NCBI GenBank assembly: GCA_030148335.1
Contig: JASBTQ010000047.1
Coordinates: 18,006 to 82,005 of the forward strand
From: Allomuricauda sp.
Lineage (GTDB): Bacteria; Bacteroidota; Bacteroidia; Flavobacteriales; Flavobacteriaceae
Length of the DNA stretch: 64,000 nucleotides
Direction of reading: 5' to 3'
The notes under the pieces were generated by a model that worked only from the letters and a program-made list of their open reading frames with translations, was not told the DNA's origin and did no database searches. Numbering within the stretch: the stretch's first letter is position 1; each line of letters begins with the position of its first letter. Positions 59,910 through 64,000 of the stretch are shown piece after piece. Made by a program: the position numbers and the translations under genes.

Positions 59910-61364
59910 CTAAAATTGAAAATAAATGAAAGACCTGTCGAAACCACTGTCATAAAACAACAGCATGGTGAAAATCACCAAAGTATAGACCAAAAACCTC
60001 ACCGCTTTGGACTTGAACTTGAACGGGTTGCGCTCATCCCTTCGGATTCTATATTCGTAGAGGACAAATGCCGCCAACAGTATAAAATAGTCGACCATTC
60101 GATATCCATTGGGATGATGGTAGGTCTCATACTGGAAATTTGTGAATATTCCCTTTATGAACTGGAAAGAATCCGTCAACGATTCCGACCTGAAAAAGAT
60201 GCGGGAAAAGGTCACAATGCCAAAGGTCAAGATCAGCTGCCCCAGCTCAGTGAGCGTGGGGAAAAAAGTATGCTCTCCCACCACATTGTCCTTATACATC
60301 GTATTGCGGCCCATCAGAAATACCGGTATATAGGCCAAGGCATGAAAACCTCCCCAAAAGATAAAGGTCCAGTTGGCACCATGCCAAAATCCACTGACCA
60401 AAAAAATGATACAGATGTTCCTGACCGATTTTAGTTTGGTCACCCTAGAGCCGCCCAAAGGAATATATAGATAATGCCTGAACCAAGTGGAGAGCGACAC
60501 GTGCCATCGCTGCCAATACTCGGCAACGTTCCTAGAAAAATTAGGAAACTTGAAATTGGACATCAGCTCCACCCCGAACATTTTTGAGGTACCAATGGCT
60601 ATATCCGAATAGCCGCTGAAATCCCCATATACCTGAAAGCTGAACAAGGTCACGCCCAAAATAAGGGTGGATGCAGAATAAGTGTCGTAATTAAGAAAGA
60701 TATCATCCACAATCGGCGCTATCCCGTCTGCTATCACCATCTTTTTGAACAAGCCCCACAAAATCAGTTTTAGTCCAGCAACTATTTGGTCATAACTGAA
60801 AATCCTTTTATGGGTGATCTGATGGAGAAGATTCGATGCCCTTTCAATCGGGCCTGCGACCAATTGTGGAAAAAAAGCGACAAAAGTGGCAAACGACAAG
60901 AAATCTCGGCACGGTTTCACTTTGTTATAATACACATCCAAAGAATAGGACATGGTCTGGAAGGTATAAAAGGAAATTCCAACGGGAAGGATAATCTGCA
61001 GTGTCCATGTGCTTTGTATCGTGTACCCGAACGTTTCAAAAAGATCCACAAAGGAGTCCACAAAGAAATTATAGTACTTAAAAAACCCCAGCAATGATAT
61101 GTTGAAGACCATACTGACCCACAACCATATTCTTTGTTTGTTCCTTTTCTCCTTGTACTTATAGATCATGAGGCCTACAAAGTAGTCAACCGCTGTACTG
61201 GCCAAGATCAAGAACAGGAACCTCCAATCCCAAAGACCATAAAAATAATAGCTTCCCACTAGTATCAAGGCATTCTGCACCTTGACCCTTTTATGAAAGA
61301 CAAACCAATAAAGCACAAACATTATTGGTAGGAATATAAAATACTCTAGCGAGTTGAACAGCAT
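59910..61364 (-). CDS. MBOAT acyltransferase 2 (AlgI/DltB/PatA-like)
   Basis: PVGISFYTFQ, FPQLVAGPIER, YGDFSGYSDIA, GFWHGA, C-terminal FIYFQF. Confidence 0.95.
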   Translation of the reverse strand: MLFNSLEYFIFLPIMFVLYWFVFHKRVKVQNALILVGSYYFYGLWDWRFLFLILASTAVDYFVGLMIYKYKEKRNKQRIWLWVSMVFNISLLGFFKYYNFFVDSFVDLFETFGYTIQSTWTLQIILPVGISFYTFQTMSYSLDVYYNKVKPCRDFLSFATFVAFFPQLVAGPIERASNLLHQITHKRIFSYDQIVAGLKLILWGLFKKMVIADGIAPIVDDIFLNYDTYSASTLILGVTLFSFQVYGDFSGYSDIAIGTSKMFGVELMSNFKFPNFSRNVAEYWQRWHVSLSTWFRHYLYIPLGGSRVTKLKSVRNICIIFLVSGFWHGANWTFIFWGGFHALAYIPVFLMGRNTMYKDNVVGEHTFFPTLTELGQLILTFGIVTFSRIFFRSESLTDSFQFIKGIFTNFQYETYHHPNGYRMVDYFILLAAFVLYEYRIRRDERNPFKFKSKAVRFLVYTLVIFTMLLFYDSGFDRSFIYFQF

Positions 61365-61381
61365 GAATGCACTAGATATAA

Positions 61382-62551
61382 TTAAAACTCTATAATCTCA
61401 AGCTCTGACCTCCTGTTCTTGGCATGTTTCTCCTCAGTACAATAAACTCCATCCTTACATTCATTGACCAGTTTGGTCTCCCCATAAGCATCATGGCTGA
61501 TACGTTCTGCTGAAATTCCCTTGGATACCACATATTCCACCGTGCGTTCCGCTCTGCGCTCCGATAGCCATTGATTGTATTGATGGGTTCCCCTTGCGTC
61601 TGTATGCGCAGTAACTTTGATGGCGATGTTGGGCTCATTTTCCATAATGGACACCAATTCGTCCAACAACTCCTTGTCTTTTTGGGTGAGGTACGAAGAA
61701 TTCAGCTTAAAGTAAACGCTCCCCAAATTATTGATTTTAGTTTGTAGTGCGGCACGTCTGGCCTCTTCCACATCCTTTTTTGCCTTTTCAACAGCGGCCA
61801 GTTCTGCGGCTTCCTTTTCTTTTTGCAGGCGTTCGGCCAGTAACCGTGCTTCTTTTTCTGCATTCGCTATGGAATCCTGGACCTTTTGCTGTTCTTTCTC
61901 CATTTCCTCCAACAAGACCAATTTTTCCTCCCCTTTTCTGGAAAGTTCTTTTTCCACTTCAAAACGATAGGTTACCCCTAGTGCATGCTGGATATGGTTG
62001 GTGGCATTTTCCGTGCTCATGGCCCATTTTCCAGTCGTGTTGACATCCAACCCCCAATGGTCCGAGAACCATGTCCTAAAACCCATTACTGCATTGTAGG
62101 TGCCCCTACCTTGGTCATTGGCATCGGTATAACCCGCACCAATTCCGACATAAGGATCAAAAAAACCTGTCTCGCCCAAGATCTTGTTCAAATCATAACT
62201 TATACGAAAATCCACAGAAAGATAATCTACATCATCCGCTAGTTCAATTTCATCAACGACCTTCCCTCTCTTATATACATTATACGATCCTATCGCCTCA
62301 AATCCTACACCGTTTTTCAGATAACGCCCTATATGTATGCGGGATGGATAGGGAGCTATGTTCCATGCATCCCTAATATCAAAAAGCTCCCTGAATTCGT
62401 CCCCAGAGTCATCAACGATGTTCATTCCCAAACCTACCAGCCAATAACTTTCGACGATACTATCCTTTCTTACCAAACTCCTTTCTTGTGCATGGAGCTG
62501 GAGCACAAAAATGAACAGGAATGCGCTTATTCTCAAATGAACTATTTTCAA
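61382..62551 (-). CDS. OmpA-family outer membrane protein
   Basis: Signal peptide, beta-barrel ending YRF, coiled linker, HTDARG...NQWLSERRA...NRR. Confidence 0.93.
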   Translation of the reverse strand: MKIVHLRISAFLFIFVLQLHAQERSLVRKDSIVESYWLVGLGMNIVDDSGDEFRELFDIRDAWNIAPYPSRIHIGRYLKNGVGFEAIGSYNVYKRGKVVDEIELADDVDYLSVDFRISYDLNKILGETGFFDPYVGIGAGYTDANDQGRGTYNAVMGFRTWFSDHWGLDVNTTGKWAMSTENATNHIQHALGVTYRFEVEKELSRKGEEKLVLLEEMEKEQQKVQDSIANAEKEARLLAERLQKEKEAAELAAVEKAKKDVEEARRAALQTKINNLGSVYFKLNSSYLTQKDKELLDELVSIMENEPNIAIKVTAHTDARGTHQYNQWLSERRAERTVEYVVSKGISAERISHDAYGETKLVNECKDGVYCTEEKHAKNRRSELEIIEF

Positions 62552-62668
62552 AAAGATATACTTTACAATTTCGTTGCTAAAGCTATATCAACTCGTCCTA
62601 TGGTTAAACTTTGCACTTTTAAGTGCGTTTTTATTCGACAAGAAGCAGGAAAGGATTTTGCAATATTC

Positions 62669-63112
62669 TCAATCGACCTGTTGAAAAACGATTGCTTTAT
62701 CGGTAAGGGGCATTTTATATAGATAAAAAGGGGTAGTGATAGGCTTCATTTCCTCAGGCTTCCCAGTCTTGCCATCCATTAGTATGCCTACAACAAACTC
62801 AGTCTCGGTTTCCTTGATCTTGGACAATTGTATCGATTTTTGACCCTGTTGCTCGCCCAAGCATACCAAGAGGACCATTTCCTTGGAAAAATCGATCATG
62901 GGCACAGGGAGCCCAGGTTTTCGGGTCCTGTTGATCTGTGAATAGAATTTGTTCAGTGATTTGGTATCGCGGATTTCCTTGGTTTCAAATACCTCCACCC
63001 CGGAATAGCCATCCTGTTCCAACAAGACCAAGCCTTCAATCTCTTTGCCCAAATGTTTTTGGGCGTTGCAGGAGAGCAGACATATGCAGGTGAGGAACAG
63101 AACGTGTTTCAT
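62669..63112 (-). CDS. PrcB C-terminal-like lipoprotein
   Basis: Lipobox LLSC, IDFSKEMVLLVCLGEQ, ITTPF. Confidence 0.65.
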   Translation of the reverse strand: MKHVLFLTCICLLSCNAQKHLGKEIEGLVLLEQDGYSGVEVFETKEIRDTKSLNKFYSQINRTRKPGLPVPMIDFSKEMVLLVCLGEQQGQKSIQLSKIKETETEFVVGILMDGKTGKPEEMKPITTPFYLYKMPLTDKAIVFQQVD

Positions 63113-63114
63113 GA

Positions 63115-64000
63115 TCAAAAGGTATTCTTAAAACGTGACTTGTATGCCTTTTCGTAGATTTCCTCGTACAAGGGCAGAATATGCACAATGTCAAACTTGG
63201 TTGCCACATTGTAAGCATTCTGCTTGAACTGTTCCAAGACCTTATCATCCTTCAATATCTTCAAAGCCTTTGCCGCCATATCTTCCACATCGCCCACATT
63301 GGCCAGATATCCCGACACACCATCAACGTTCACCTCTGGAATACCGCCTGTGTTGCTGGAAACAACGGCCACCTTGTTGATCATGGCCTCCAAAGCCGCC
63401 AACCCAAAGCTCTCCGTTTCGGAAGGCAAAAGGAAGAGGTCTGAAAAACAAAGAATACGATCAATCTCGGTACTGTTACCCAAAAACAATACTTTTTCCT
63501 TCAGGCCGAGCCTATCGCACAACTGCTCCGCTTTTTCTTTTTCGGGGCCCTCGCCCACCATGATCAGCTTTGCTGGAATTTCTTTCTGGATGCGATGGAA
63601 TACATTGATCACATCGGGAATGCGCTTTACCTTCCTGAAATTACTGATATGGGTGATGATGCGTTCATTTTCTTTGGCCATCAAACTGCGCTGGCAGTCG
63701 GAATAATCCGGACTGTACTTGGACGTTTCGATAAAGTTGGGAATCACCTCGATTTCCCTTTCAATATCGAACAGTTCCAAAGTACTTTTTTTAAGGGCCT
63801 CCGAAACCGAGGTCACCACATCGGACTTGTTGATACTGAACGTTACCGCTGGCTTATAAAAAGGATGTTTGCCAACCAAAGTAATGTCCGTTCCGTGCAG
63901 GGTTGTGATCATAGGGATAAAGATGCCATATTCCTGGAGCATCTTTTTGGCCATATACCCGGCATAGGCATGGGGAATGGCATAGTGCACATGTAGCAGT
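63115..64000 (-). CDS. bshA: N-acetyl-alpha-D-glucosaminyl L-malate synthase (5' end outside the window)
   Basis: HVHYAIPHA, TTLHGTDITLVG, HISNFRKVKR, ESFGLAALEAM. Confidence 0.9.
   Translation of the reverse strand, partial: LLHVHYAIPHAYAGYMAKKMLQEYGIFIPMITTLHGTDITLVGKHPFYKPAVTFSINKSDVVTSVSEALKKSTLELFDIEREIEVIPNFIETSKYSPDYSDCQRSLMAKENERIITHISNFRKVKRIPDVINVFHRIQKEIPAKLIMVGEGPEKEKAEQLCDRLGLKEKVLFLGNSTEIDRILCFSDLFLLPSETESFGLAALEAMINKVAVVSSNTGGIPEVNVDGVSGYLANVGDVEDMAAKALKILKDDKVLEQFKQNAYNVATKFDIVHILPLYEEIYEKAYKSRFKNTF

Noticed and set aside
57039-61364. Calling this a canonical dltABCD teichoic-acid operon
   Set aside because: The host is Gram-negative, the MBOATs are AlgI-type, the ligase lacks the FCGE motif and the gene order differs, so gene symbols were withheld.
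1-64000. Many 60-330 aa ORFs antisense to or nested in called genes (e.g. 1118-1969, 16204-17148, 21784-22479, 40109-40846)
   Set aside because: They are shadows of well-supported genes on the other strand or frame, with no recognisable motifs.
1-64000. CRISPR array, tRNA/rRNA, transposase, integrase or prophage genes
   Set aside because: No regularly spaced nucleotide repeats, RNA-gene signatures or recombinase motifs were seen by eye.

Overview
The window looks like a marine Flavobacteriaceae (Bacteroidota) chromosome segment, judged from gene content, lipoprotein signals and TAnnTTTG-like promoters. 1-12 kb holds accessory genes: an M1 aminopeptidase, a hydrolase, a methyltransferase, DinB, a sigma-54 two-component module with a readable enhancer/IHF/-24/-12 promoter, and an OmpR-type system beside an orphan terminator (candidate sRNA). 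12-45 kb is a Wzx/Wzy surface-polysaccharide locus: wzb/wzc/wza, PglF/E/D-like enzymes, uronic acid pathways, a flippase, a polymerase, only 4 glycosyltransferases and 2 initiating transferases. It contains unusual insertions: a QueC-like PP-loop ATPase, a beta-helix lipoprotein and a DCC1 + split HTTM cassette. 45-61 kb is the most striking part: two inward-facing MBOAT + SGNH acyl-export pairs bracket a tandem array of seven diverged FemAB-like GNAT paralogues, an eighth GNAT-like gene, a stand-alone amino-acid adenylation enzyme and a carrier protein. This is a candidate Dlt-like aminoacyl/peptidyl glycan-decoration system. The window ends with ompA, a PrcB-like lipoprotein and a partial bshA. 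No CRISPR, rRNA, tRNA or transposase was seen. All calls come from motif reading by eye; no database searches were run.
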